A DNA stretch of 64,000 nt from the human T2T-CHM13v2.0 reference genome, Homo sapiens. Location: NCBI RefSeq assembly GCF_009914755.1, contig NC_060944.1; one strand, written 5' to 3'. Shown in pieces: positions 30,228-46,151 of this stretch. A model generated the notes under the pieces. It was not told the origin of the DNA, did no database searches, and saw only the letters and a list, made by a program, of their open reading frames with translations. The translations under genes were made by a program, and so were the position numbers. Within the stretch, counting starts at the first letter, position 1, and each line of letters starts with the position of its first letter.

Positions 30228-30740
30228 AACACGTTGGGTTTTATTGGGAATTTTAAAATAGTTTCAGCAATAAGATTCAAGAATAAATTATTTCATTGCT
30301 TCACCATTTCTTTGAGCATTTTAAAAATGTTATCTTGTTAAATCTTTGTAATAACCTAGTGAAATAAGTCTCTAAAATCCTCATTTTTAGAAGACATTGA
30401 ACCTAAGAGAAGCAACTTGTTCAAGAAAAAATACCTGTTGGTAACTGCGCTAGGACTTTTTATGAGTTAGGGACATTTTCCATTAAGCCAAGCTAACTCT
30501 AGTTAATTTACTGAGTGATACTGCCCTCAATTCATGAGTATTTCATCTTACTTTATTTATTATTTAATTAGAAGCTTAATAAGTTCATAGAGCTTACAAA
30601 CTTAAAGTCTATGAAATAAGTAATGTTCTGATGTTAGCTCTGATATTGTCTGAAATACTCTAAGAACTTAATAAATTTGGTAAATGTTTTCTATATCCGT
30701 GTTAAAATAGTAATTTTATTTATTACATTTTTATACATAG

Positions 30741-30805
30741 CATTCATCAACAACTTTTGAAACATATACGAAAATTATCTAAAAATCCTCAAAATACCAA
30801 TTCAG
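30741..30805 (+). pseudogene. ANKRD30-like 65-nt exon (IHQQLLKHIRKLSKNPQNTNS)
   Basis: tttttatacatAG|cattcat...ttcag|GTAAG. The peptide resembles the post-ankyrin exon of ANKRD30A/B and is phase-compatible with the exon at 33138. Confidence 0.85.
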
Positions 30806-31369
30806 GTAAGACTTCAGATAGCAAACTACTCTTGATCGTGCTACCATAAGATTATGGAAGCGCTGATCACAAAAAAGCAATTCAAAAAGCAATGTGTAAA
30901 TAGCATGTGTTTCCATATATACGTATGTGGGTGTGTGTATATATATGTATATATAGCTTTAATTTTTTTAGTTTATTATTCAGAATTAGTTAAGAATTTA
31001 GTTGTAGGTAGTTTATAATCTCAAAAAAATTATCTGAAAAAATATTTAATTATGGTCCCTAAAATCCTATATAATACCTTTGTGTATATAAGTAACACAA
31101 TTTTTAAGTTTGTATATTGTATGATTCCTCAAGTGTCATAACAACTGAGACTTGTTATAAAATGTATAAACCTTGGTGTGATTGATGAGCTCAGTAATGT
31201 GGGATGATGAGGTTATCCAATTTAATGAATTAATATATTTATAAATAGATTTGATTACAAATTAAAATTAGTTTACATGCCCTGAATTACAAGCCACAAA
31301 GAATTGAACATCTAATAACAAAAAGTAGGAATTAATAACAGAAAACTGTAACATTTGAATATTATAACC

Positions 31370-31481
31370 TGCGGGGGTCTATCCTGCAGACCCCGGCTGC
31401 ATGACGGATGAGACACATACCCAGACAGCGATATTCAGTGAAAGAGCAGCAAGGGTTCCGAGCCGATTACAGACACCAAGG
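31370..31481 (-). mobile_element. Truncated LTR22-like (HML-5/ERVK) LTR end
   Basis: tgcgggggtctatcctgcagaccccggctgcatgacggatga...gatattcagtgaaagagc. Confidence 0.6.
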
Positions 31482-31725
31482 TTCTTACAATAAAGTGAGC
31501 TGGAGGAAAGAACCTGTTATAAGGAGGAAAAAATATACTCACTATTTATTAAGTGGAAGTCAATTATTATACATAGAGGTCTTCATTCTTATTGCCTTCA
31601 TGTTGAGTAGTCTGATAAGGAGAAGGCAGAGGAGAGATTTGTCTTGCTATCTTGCAGTGGCAAAGGAAAAGAAAAATCTATTAGTGGGCTCCTAGAGTGA
31701 AAACCCTTATTCAAGGATCAACTGT
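31482..31725. mobile_element. Tigger2-family (Tigger2a/MER28/MER8) fragment
   Basis: ttcttacaataaagtgagct...ttaagtggaagt...ttcatgttgagtag...ttcaaggatcaactg, ending in the TIR. Confidence 0.7.
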
Positions 31726-32711
31726 GTCACATAGTGACTTGTGTCACTAAAAAAGTAACTATCTTTAGAATTTGGAATTTAATAATACTTTTCTGGCACC
31801 ATAAACAAATGTCAGCAAGAATTACAAAACTTAGCCAGGGTGCATCAGTACCAATAGGAGAATATCTTTCAAAGATACCTACTGAGTGCAGAAGTCAGAA
31901 AAGCAATTCTTTGTTGAGAAGCGCAGGTTATGTTACATAGTCTTGTACCAACAAGGTCTCACTATTATCAACTTCATTCCGTCTAAGTTGAAACCAAATA
32001 AGATATGTTTACTCCATTAGAGCAAGGTATGTTGTTCTATCTACTGGATAATTAGTGTGTTAATAGTAATTTTGTTACAGCAAGATACTCTGTTTCTAAT
32101 AGCCAAAATATTATCATTATAAATATTCAGATAGCTTAACTCTAAACTCAAAAAAATTATAAAAATATTACAAAAACTTTTCACAACAATGAAAATGCTA
32201 CTGATACCTAAATGTGACACATTGTACAATATGAACTGTATGAGCACATCTTTATTATATATTTAACAAAGGACCTCTATAAGTTAGGTTTGGCAAGTTG
32301 CAGGAGACAAAGATGGAATACACAGTTTGGGTCTTTAAGGTGCTCATAATACAGAAGAGCTGTGCCTATTGAATTTCTGCATTTTTCCAACAGAATTTCC
32401 TTAAAAAGTTTGTTATTCATTTATCCACTTGTCCACTTAACAAATAACTGTCAGGTATCTTTAAGGTACTAAGCATCTTCCTTGTTATTATCATTGTCAT
32501 TTTTATTTGCTTCTTTATTAAGATACTAAACATTTTTCTTGTTATTATTATCTTTTTTATTATTTATTATTTATTTAGTGTTTACTCTGTGCCAGAACCC
32601 CTTTTGGAGCTTATAATTATTACTTATTATGTCATGTTGTTACCATATTCAGCATGTGTCAGAAATTTTATATCCAAGGTGAAGAATTAAAGCTTTAAAA
32701 TGTTTGGTAGT

Positions 32712-33024
32712 GTCCAGGCACAGTGGCTCACTCCTGTAATCCTAGCAGTTTGGGAGGCCAAGGCAGATGGATTGCTTGAGCTCAGGAGTTTGAGACTAGC
32801 CTGACTAACATGGTGAAACTCGTCTCTACTAAATACGAAAAATCAGCCGGTTGATGTGGCCCGTGCCTGTAATCACAGCTACTTGGGAGGCTGAGGTAGG
32901 AGAGTTGCTTGAGGTAGGAGAATCGCTTGAATTGCATTGAGCTGAGATCGCGCCACTGCACTCTAGCCTGGGTAACAAAGCAAGACTCCATCAAAAAAAG
33001 AAAAAGAGAAAAGAGAAAAGAAAA
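32712..33024 (+). mobile_element. AluS element with internal tandem duplication/deletion in the right arm
   Basis: tgaggtaggagagttgct tgaggtaggagaatcgct. Degenerate TSD aaaatgtttggtagt / aaaagtttggtaat. Confidence 0.9.
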
Positions 33025-33137
33025 GTTTGGTAATATTTAAGGAAAGCATACAGAATAAGTAGAAGTTTGCCAGGTGAAGAATCAGGAGGATGATATTTAA
33101 GCAGAAAGAAAATTTAACCAGATTGTGTGTTTGGCAG

Positions 33138-33319
33138 AAGGAACATCTACAGGAACACCTGACGAGGCTGCACCCTTGGCAGGAAGAACACCTGACACGG
33201 CTGAAAGCTTGGTGGAAAAAACACCTGATGAGGCTGCACCCTTAGTGGAGGGAACATCTGACAAAATTCAATGTCTGGGGAAAGCAACATCTGGAAAGTT
33301 TGAACAGTCAGCAGAAGAA
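33138..33319 (+). pseudogene. ANKRD30A/B-like repeat exon, truncated at its 3' end (GTSTGTPDEAAPLAGRTPDTAESLVEKTPDEAAPLVEGTSDKIQCLGKATSGKFEQSAEE)
   Basis: ttggcAG acceptor and 11-aa TPDEAAPL/TPDTAESL repeats diagnostic of ANKRD30. Homology stops abruptly after SAEE. Confidence 0.9.
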
Positions 33320-33490
33320 TATGTTAGGCCATGTGTCTCTATAACAGCTATTGAACTCTGCATTGTACAGTGAAAGCAGTCATAGATAATGTGTGAGCAA
33401 ATAGGCATGATTGCACTCCAATAAAACTTTGTATAAAAAACCATTTGGTAAGCTGAATTTGGCCTGTGATATATAGTTTCCTGGCCCTTC
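33320..33490. mobile_element. Truncated MER58A-like hAT fragment
   Basis: ggccatgtgtctct...aactctgcattgt...tccaataaaacttt...atttggcctgtg...tagtttcctggccct. Confidence 0.75.
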
Positions 33491-34536
33491 ACACAGAAGA
33501 TATATGGAGTGTAATTACATAAAAAGTTTTAAAGACAAAGTAAGCTTTTGTAGTAGTTCATGCTGTAGTCTTTTTTTTTTTTGTCACCAATCTGTGGCCT
33601 AGTATCAATCTATTATGAAAATCTGACCCATCCAGGGTAAAATGAATCAAGTTCAGAAGCTCAATTTACAGATTTAAACCTGTAGGTCTTTCTTTGCCAT
33701 TATTTTATTTTGATTTGTTTAACTGAATTTTTTTTAACTTAAAAAATAACAATAGTATTTGGTAGGGTTTCTTTTTCATGGTGAAAGCCATCAGTTAAGG
33801 GGCCATGTCTAAGTAGGAAATATAAATATAACATAATAATAATAATAAAATAATAATAAAAATGGCCTTCAGTTTCATATATTATTGGATATATTTTCCT
33901 CCAGAATTGGCATTTCAGCTGAAGATAATGTGTGCTTCAAACTTGGAAATAAATAATGCATTTAATTATTTGATTAAAGATTGCACAGTGAATTTAATGA
34001 AGACATTATAGTCTTGTAATGTAATATAAACTCAATCTTCTACTCACAAACAACTTTAAGACAGAATTTAGGAGGAATGTCCTTTGGAAAATTATCTTTC
34101 CTTCCCCCACAGATGAATCAAATAACCAAACGTACTGTTTGGAACATTTCATTTTATCTGGAATTAACCCTCTGTTGGCATGTCTTCTTCATCACTGAAA
34201 ATGTAAGAAAGCACAGCCTCATCATGAAAATGCTGGGTATCCACGTCTCACACAACTTAAAAATCATAATGAGTTGCAGGTTTTATTGTCAAGAATTACC
34301 CTGTGCTTCAAAAATGTGCTTGCTCCTTATGAAGCAATATAAACCTTGTTTTTAATCTTGCAAACTGTATATTCTATTGGATATGTCTATTAAAGATAGA
34401 GTTATGAGTGAACAATAAATGTCTTTCCTGAGAAAGGTGTATTTTCTGTTGCACTTAGACCTGAAGGTGGTGTAGAAGATACTTGGCCAAAACTGGGGCA
34501 AAGAGGGGTTCCTGTGAAGAAGCAACAGTGAGAGTC

Positions 34537-35870
34537 TGGTTATCTACATATAAAAGAATAAAACTGGACCCTTAGACTGTACACAAAAACAACTCAAGGT
34601 GGATTAAAGGCCTACGTGTAAGACCTGAAACTATAAAACTCCCAGAAGAAAACACAGAGAAAACAACTCCTTGATATGGGCCTTGACAATGGTTTTTTGG
34701 CTATTGGCTATCACACCAAAAGCTCAGGCAACAAAAGCAAACAAGTGAGACTGCATCAAACTAAAAAGCTTCTGCACAGCAAACACTCAACAAAATGAAA
34801 AGGCAGCCTGCAGAATGGGAGAGAATATTTACAAACCATATATCAGATAGGGGTTGATATGTGAAATGAAAATCTCACACAACTCAGTCAAAAAACAATC
34901 CGACTGATAAATGGCCAAAGTATCTGAATAGACATTATTTAAAAAAGACATACGAAGGGCAACAAGTATATGAAAAGGTGTTCAACATCATTAATCAGAA
35001 AAATGTTAATCAAAACAACTATATCACTTCGCAACTGTTAGGATGGTTATTATATAAAAAAGAGATAAGTGTGATGAGGGTGTGGAAAAAGGAAACTCAT
35101 GTTCACTGTTGGTGGGAAAGTAAACTGATACAGCCATTTTGGGAAATGGTATGAAGGTTCCTCAAAAATTTAAAATGGAGCTACTGTATGACTCCACAAT
35201 CCTCCTGCTGGGTATATACCCAAAGGAACTGAAATCAGTATATGAAAGCTATATCTGTATTCCCATGTTTATTGCGGTATAAATAACCAATAGCCAAGCT
35301 ATGAAAACAATTGGATAAAGAAATTATGATATATAGTTATAACATATTATATATCATATTATAATCTTATATACTCTGTAATAATATAAATATTATGAAT
35401 ATAGTATTCAATCTTAGAAAAATTAAAATTGCCATTTTTGATGATATGGATGAACCTGGATGGCATTATGCTAAGTGAAATAAACCAGACATGGAAAGAA
35501 AAATACTTCATGATCTCACTTATATGTGCTATCTAAAAACAAGCCAAGTATATAGAAACAGTAGAATGGTGGCCATCAGGGATAAGGATTAAGAGGAAAT
35601 GAAAAAAAGCAGATCAAAGGGTACAAACTGGCAGTCATGTAGGATGAGTAAGTTGTACCTAACGTATAGTATGATACCAATAGTTAATAATAATGTATTC
35701 TATACTGAAAATTTTCTAAAAGCATATTTTCAGGTGCTCTTGCCAATCACATAAAAATATAACTATGAAAGGTGATGGATATGTTAATTGGCTTGATTAT
35801 AGTAATAATTTCATGGCATATATGTATGCCTTAAATATGTACAATAAATAAGTAAATAAACTAAAATGTA
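34537..35870 (+). mobile_element. L1MA (about MA8-MA10) 3' portion
   Basis: Decayed ORF2 end (aagacctgaaactataaaactcc, catcaaactaaaaagcttctgcacagc), L1MA 3' UTR and an A-rich tail. Confidence 0.85.
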
Positions 35871-37589
35871 GGTTATCAAAACTTAACAATTTAAACATTA
35901 AAACTTTCAAAACTTGAAAAAATCCAATGGGAGAGATTTACAATTCCTTCAACACTATCAGAGCAGCAATGATGGAAGATATGTAGAGGAAGGAGACAAC
36001 CTGATAAATGTAGACTCATCAGCAAAGCCTGAGGGGACAGTAATTATATCCATAGTGTTGACAGCCAAACCATCAAAAACTTTGGTGTAAATATATTATT
36101 TTTGCAACATATGAAACACAAACAGAACAGCAAATCTTGATTCAGGCATCTATCGTCCTAATTAACTGCCTCTCTGATCATGTGTGCTCTCTGATCATGT
36201 GTGCATGTGTCACCTTGATCGAAACCATTTTCAAAAATAACGCAACAAAAATAAACTATTGTAAATTTTAAAAATGAATTATCACGTGAAGTTTATATTT
36301 GAAGTTATTTTTCAAGATTATACTTATCCTGTGGCCTTTAAATTTTTTAAAAATTTTTCACTCTCTAGTTGAATATTTGCTGTATGCCAGGAAAACTTCT
36401 GGACACTGAAGATACTTACAGTCAACATTACTTCAAGGCAGTTATGGCATCCTAATTACTGTTTTTAGTAATATAATATCTGCTTCCAAATACTCTTAGA
36501 AATGGGCAACTTGATAAGGTGATTCCTGAAAGTCTCTGCCATCTTGATTGTGTTAACTGTGTTTATTTAAAGAGGCTAAAAATGAGGGTGGTTTTTAATG
36601 CATGGTAACTATTCATTAAAAATGAAATTATATATGAAAAATGAAATTATATATGAAATTATAATGAAAAATTCAAGATTACTCCATGCCTTCTAACAGT
36701 ATTATTTCTACTTGGGTACTGTTGACATCAGAACAAATTATTGGGATAAATAAATGTGTAAGGGCCATACATACCTACTAAATCTGAGTGCCATGAATTT
36801 GTAATTTTATGTTATTTTAATTATTGTAGTTATTACAGTATGTGTTTATAACCCTTTTTGTGTTAATATACAGTAATCCTAGAGACACCTAGAATTATTT
36901 TAAAAGGTGAGTCAGTTGTCTTCAGTTATAGAAAATTGACTTATACACTTTTAGTAGCGAAGTCAAAATATCTGAACTAAGTTCACTTCTGCACAAAGGA
37001 AAACTCTGCGAGTAACTGAAATTTTCTCAAGATTGGCATATAGACAATCCTAAAAAATGTCCTGGGATATGAACTATCTCAAATTGGCAGCATATACTGG
37101 CATGTGCCTCATCCTGCTGACAGTCATTTCAGTTTGATACACTTACAAAAAAGAGAAAAAAGATAGCTTAATAATTCCAAGTTTAAATAGTTATATTGGT
37201 ATACTCCTTAAAAGAAAAATCAGCACATTATCTTGGAGTAAAATTTTACTTACGATTTCTTCACTTTTCTCCCATCAACTCAACAGGCAGAAAATAAAAC
37301 ATATTAATAAATACACATGCACACACACACACATTGTGGAAATCAAAGACCTGAGTCTATGTGTAGCAGTGTGTTGATAAACTATCTGTAGAGACTGGAG
37401 GTCAAATTAATTGTATATATGAAAATTATATAACTCTAGAGACTCAAGAAGACAGATAAAAGTTACTACATAAGAAAATAGAGATTTCTCTATTTTTCCA
37501 CAACAGAAATTAAAGAGTGGAATAGTGATTTTAAATACAGCTTCTGTTATCATTTGAGGGAATAGAAAAGTGAGGGCAACAGAGATCGG

Positions 37590-37850
37590 AATATAGGCAC
37601 TAATACTTGAATGCCTGTTATGTGTAGCTATTGTGCTTTGACAATTTTACATAATTGTCTTATTTAACCAACACAAAACTTTATGAAATTGATGTTTCTA
37701 AGACTATTTTTCTGTATGAGAAAACCCAGGTTCTGACTTGATGTCACTCATGCCATATTGGGTGGCTGAGGCAGGATTCAAATGTAAACACGGCAGCACC
37801 ACAGTCTATATTTTATTAATCATACAACCACTATATCCACCTAATTATAA
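37590..37850 (-). mobile_element. MIR fragment
   Basis: tacttgaatgcctgttatgtg...tgagaaaacccaggttc...ggcaggattcaaat. Confidence 0.55.
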
Positions 37851-39205
37851 AGTCTGTATGAAAGCCCAGAAAAATAGGCCAGCATTAAATTGAAAAAAGC
37901 ATTAAAGAGAAAACTGTTGATCTAAAAACATTTAGTTTTACAACTTTTAATTTACCAAAATTGTGGTTGCTACTGTGACTGTTGTATAGGGAAACCATGC
38001 ACAAATTAATTCATGACACATTCATGTTCTTTTTGCATACGTCTCTTTTAAAAAAAAAGTTATTTAGGTAAAGTGCTAAAGAGAAGTTATTTCACCTTGC
38101 TGACATTGTGTCTTACAGTTTTACCCAACCAATTTTAGTCATTACTTCTTTATCTTAACAGGATTACTTAATTGCCTAGTCATGGAATGAATGATTTGGC
38201 TACTTCTATAGATGCATTAATAAAGCCTTATTTGTATAATAGTCAAGTTAAGATGAACATGCTTGTGACCTCTCGCAGAAATAATGAAGATTCTGCAATT
38301 TAAAGAGCAATAAAATGTAAAGATGTAATTACCAACTCTTCATTATCTTACGGAATTTCAAGATAAAATCACTTTATTTCAATGTCAAAAGACAGAGCAT
38401 TAAAGTCTTTTTCAAATACCATTTAATTGGATAGATTAAGATACTTTAATATATTAATTTCTTTCCTTGTTACTGTATATTTCACGATAAGAATGCAGGG
38501 ATATATATTAGACTTCTGGGAAATTGAAACTGGTGTAACTTACCAGTTAATTCTAAAATCTATTAATCATGTGCTTTGCTTATCTTTCTTCCTTGGTAAA
38601 ATATGAATGTTCAAAGATATTTTCATGTTGTCTAAAGCATCCGCATTTCATATACAAATATATGAAATATATAAAATATTAACAGAATTATACCAAATAT
38701 ATACAAAATAAAAATATACAAAATATTAATTTAGCAGAAAAAAAAACTGTTGCATGAAGATAAGGTACAGGATGGTACTTTATCTTATGGTTTTTTGTGA
38801 ACCATAGTCAGAAAAATCGGGATCAAAAATAATAAAACAAAATATACCCATTGCCTTAAGGAAATAGGTAAATGAGATAATTATATTTTTAAAGGAACTA
38901 TATAAAAGCTTTATGCAAAAATCACAACCATATTTCTTGTTCCTGCACATCCCAATCAATTCATTAGATTGTTTTACACATTCTGCAAAAATATTCTAAT
39001 GCAGGCAGAGAATTTGAAATGTAAAACATTATCATACTGTCTCCTATATTTAGAGCTCAGCTATGTCTCTTATATGTTAAAATGCTACTTCTGTTTGACA
39101 CACACTCTTACACCTACTGAGGAAAAAAATTGCTTCATATTAACAAAGTGAATTATCTCTTTTGAGTAACATGAGTAACCTGGTCAATAGTTACTTACCG
39201 TGTGT

Positions 39206-39630
39206 TAGTTATGGGCTGAACTGTGCTCCTCTCTCCCAAAATTCATATGGTGAAATTCTAAAGCCTAGTATTTCTGAAAGTAACCATATTGGGATGTTTT
39301 AAATAAGAATTCATTTAAAATGAGGCCCTCGGGGTGGGTCCTAATCCAAAAAAATGGTGTCCATATAAAATAAAATTTAGAAAGGGGTAAAAATCAGCTA
39401 CATGTATGCACAGAAGTACAACTGTGTGAAGATAGAGCTGTGAGAAGGCAACCATCTATAAGCCAAGAAGAGAGGCCTAGAACAGATCCTTCCATCATGG
39501 TCCTCAGAGGAGCACTTTGACCTTGGATTTACAGCCTCTAGAACTGTGGGAAAATAAATATCGGTTGTTTAAGCCACCCAGTCTGTGTGTGTGTGCATGT
39601 GTTTAAGTGCCACCTTAGAAAACTAATATA
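39206..39630 (+). mobile_element. MLT1A/B LTR
   Basis: gttatgggctgaactgtg...cccaaaattcatat...agccaagaagagaggcc...cagcctctagaactgtgggaaaataaat...aaactaatata. Confidence 0.85.
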
Positions 39631-39756
39631 ATTGACAAAAGACATAATGGACTTTTTAAAGCCAGCACCCAACTACGTTAGCATCATTTTCAGATGTTTG
39701 TTTTAGTTTGTTTATTTTATTTTATCAAGTATTATAATGATAATTTAAAAAAAAAA

Positions 39757-40103
<347 letters not shown>

Positions 40104-41759
40104 ACAATTTCAAAACTTAAGACTAAAGAAACTCAGAAAACTGTCAATTACATTTTGCTCTGATTTTTCTCTTGTATATAGTATAATGAAATGTTACATC
40201 AACTTGCCATTTTTAAAAGTAAAAATCAGATGGATTTAGCTGGGCACAATACCAGTTGTATTGAGAATTTCTAATGTCACTCAGATGAAAGACTTGAAGG
40301 AAAGGAGATAGATTTAGAAGGAAAAGGAGACAGACTTAGCAGGAGTGATGGTTAATGAGATCAGTCATTCAAATAATCTACCTACTAGTAAAGTTAGACA
40401 AACAAACAAACGGCAACAACAACAACAAAACCCTACCCATCATCTTTAGAGAAAAATCATAGTCTCCCACTTGAAATAACACATTCGTCTGGAAGCTTAA
40501 ATAAAAGAACACATATTTTCACACAGCACAAAAGAATTATTTTTATATTTGGAACACGATTGCTACAGAATTATGAAAAGAAAAAAATACAGACTGTAGA
40601 GAACAAAATAAGACAAGCTTCCATCAAGAAGGAAACATAAAATATACTAACTTGAAATAACAGATATACACAATATATGGAGTTCAAGTTTTTAGTGTTG
40701 ACTCCAGCCGAGATATATCGGAGGCAAAGAAAGATTTGCAAAGGATTCATGAATTATCCAAAGTTAAACATGTTATATCTAACCAAGCCAGACCTAGAAC
40801 ACATTATTGGTCATATTCTTTCCATTGACTATGTCTAATTCCTCTTAAAGTTTTTTCCCTTTACATATAAATCCTACACACATTACCACTTTGGTAAGAT
40901 AAACAGAACAAAACACTTATTTTTTCTTTCAGCACTTTGGATGTGCTATCCCATTGTGTTCTGACTACCATTGTTTCTGATGAAAAGTCAGGTGTTAATC
41001 ATAAAGTCATTTCCTTGTATGGATGAGTTATTTTTCTTTTGCTTTCAAGATTAACTCCCTTCACATTTTGTTTAATCCAGAATTATTAGAAACTCTAAAT
41101 TTGAGACTCAAAGTCACTCATCAGATCACCACAAAATTTCAAAACATACATACTTAGAATGTATATTCTTGTATATATCAATATATAAGAATATCAATAT
41201 ACTACTTTAATGTCTTCTTTTATTAATACAAAATCATTGGAATATTTGGGAAGGGAATATAAGTCAGAGCAAGAGCATCCTAGATTAGTGATTGCTACAT
41301 ATTAATCATTCAATCATTGTTTTTGTGTCAATGAAAGAATAAATTACTTCCAGTATTTTTGCTGACATATTTCTTTCCCTAGTTTCAAGATTCACAGAGA
41401 AATATACCTTAAATAATATACTTTGATTCTCTTGAAAACAATTTTCTATCTTTCTCCCCAATCTTTCTCAATATTTTTAATACAATATTTTTTGTTTCTA
41501 TATCCATCAAAAAGTTTCAGTGTGATGAGATAGCATAAAAATCTATTTAGAGGATCAGTTTGGAAGTCAAGATGTGCAAAATGTTTCTTATCTGCTCTGT
41601 TCTCTTTTCATTATCTTCTCCCTGACCCAACCCCAAACATTGTAAAGAATGCTAAACCCTTTATAAAGAATTTTACCAGAATCGATATTAAAATTGAGTG
41701 TGCTATTTATTACTTAGAAGTAATTATCAAACTTTAACCTGTAATCTCATTTATTTACA

Positions 41760-41990
41760 GTGGAGCATAGTAGTTAGAAGAAACGTGACTCAATTAGAGG
41801 TCAATTACTCCTTAGCAATGTATCAGAGTTGGGCAAGTTACTCAACCTCTGCTAATAACAATCTCTTAATCTGTAAAAATAAATATATCCATGAAGTATT
41901 CCTAAGGTTAAATGAAATAACTTATATTAAAGTAAATCACTTGGTGTAATTTTGAATATACAATATGTTCTAGCTTGAATTACTACTACT
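41760..41990 (+). mobile_element. MIR fragment
   Basis: ttgggcaagttactcaacctct...tcttaatctgtaaaaat...aggttaaatgaaataa. Confidence 0.6.
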
Positions 41991-42234
41991 AATGAAAAAC
42001 TGAAGCTCAGATCAACAAAAAAATAGTGCCATTCTCCAACTTTTTCTAGGTAGTTTGCTAGAAATAAGAGAGCAAAATAGATTAGGGCCCAGTTTCTGGA
42101 TTTAAGGATCAGAAATCATCTGCTGTGTTTATTATGAACCTTTTGTATCCCTTCAGTTCTTCCTGTAAATTTTTACAAAGAACTTACTGAATAAACAGTT
42201 AAAACACCTCAAATTAACAAAATCTTCTCTACTA

Positions 42235-45088
<2,854 letters not shown>

Positions 45089-45513
45089 AAAACAAGAAAA
45101 TAATAATAATTTTGTCAATGATAGTTAACTATATGTTAGTCACTAACACTATGGCAGTTACCTTCAAATTCATATTTCTAATATTTCCAATATCTTCATA
45201 TTTATATATCTAATTCATATTTGAACCCAGCTCTAATTTAGGAAGTTCTCTTTTTTCTTTTAGAAATTAAGGCATAAAGTGTCACGTGACTTGCACAAGA
45301 TTGCACCACTAGTAAACTTAAAAATATAGTTTACTTGCCTACTGTCTCAATGTTTTAGTGATTTATTGATCATGCACAATTATTTTTGAAAACAGAAATT
45401 CATTTAGCATACCACATTTCAAGATCCATTGGTAGAAGCCACTTTATTAGCTTAATCAACAAAAATGTCTAGAAAATTTGAGCTTTTATTAACTGATAAC
45501 ATATTAGAAGTTA

Positions 45514-45514
45514 C

Positions 45515-45567
<53 letters not shown>
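45514..45567. repeat. (TA)n microsatellite with CA interruptions
   Basis: Read directly from the sequence. Confidence 0.95.
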
Positions 45568-45568
45568 A

Positions 45569-46151
45569 TGAAACAACCCCTATAATCTTTATAAAATTAT
45601 TTGGGAGAGGAGGGAGCAGATGAAACAAAAATAAGCTTCCAGCACATCCAGCCTTAAACGTTAAGTTAACTTGCTGTCTGTCCTGCTTCCTCATAATTGT
45701 TCACTAGGTATGGCCCCACAATCATTTATATCCTGTCACAAGATTATAGTTAAACTTAACTACTCATAGATAACAACTTGAGCATTGTAAAATGTTAAGT
45801 TTTCTCTTTGAGGTATTCTTTCAGATCCTACATACCAGTGAAACTACTGACATCAGCTGCTCCGAAGGGCTCCAGGAGAAGCCGACTCACTAAAGGGCAA
45901 AGTTTCTACATCCTGGTGATTTAATCCCCCTTAACCAAACCAGTCAGTGACCCCAATTTTCCAGCCCCTGGTCCTCTACAATCCCTTCACCCCAGCCAAG
46001 TACTCTCTGGAAAGACAGATTCGAGGGTGCTCGCATCTCCTCACTCAGCTGCCCTGCAATCATTAAACTCTTTCTCTACTGCAAACTCTGTTTATCAATT
46101 TATCAGACTGTGACTGCACAACAGGCATACAAACATGTGAGTCCTGTATCA
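45569..46151 (+). mobile_element. ERV1 solo LTR (LTR29-like, MER4 group)
   Basis: Starts TGAAACAACCCCTATAATCTTTATAAAATTA, contains aagcttccagcacat and attaaactctttctctactgcaa, ends in TCA. Confidence 0.7.

Larger units (their letters stand above)
29869..31370 (+). repeat. ~200-bp diverged direct repeat (29869-30069 and 31171-31370)
   Basis: Both copies read ccttggtgtgattgatgag...tgaattacaagccacaaagaat.gaacatctaataac.aaaagtaggaattaataacagaaaactg.aacattt. Confidence 0.9.
29430..33810 (+). pseudogene. Unprocessed, rearranged ANKRD30 (NY-BR-1)-family gene fragment
   Basis: Two exons with ANKRD30A/B-like peptides and family-type intron sequence. No upstream ankyrin exons. Right boundary uncertain. 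Confidence 0.8.

Noticed and set aside
33795-33865. A-rich tract as the poly(A) tail of a retrotransposed ANKRD30 segment, and a nearby antisense U6-like 14-mer
   Set aside because: No matching TSD at the left junction and introns are retained; the short match could be chance.
36171-36670. Short tandem duplications (17-mer at ~36171, 19-mer at ~36618; also TGAACAT repeats at ~2119-2162)
   Set aside because: Ordinary slippage products, not spacer-repeat arrays. Nothing CRISPR-like in the window.
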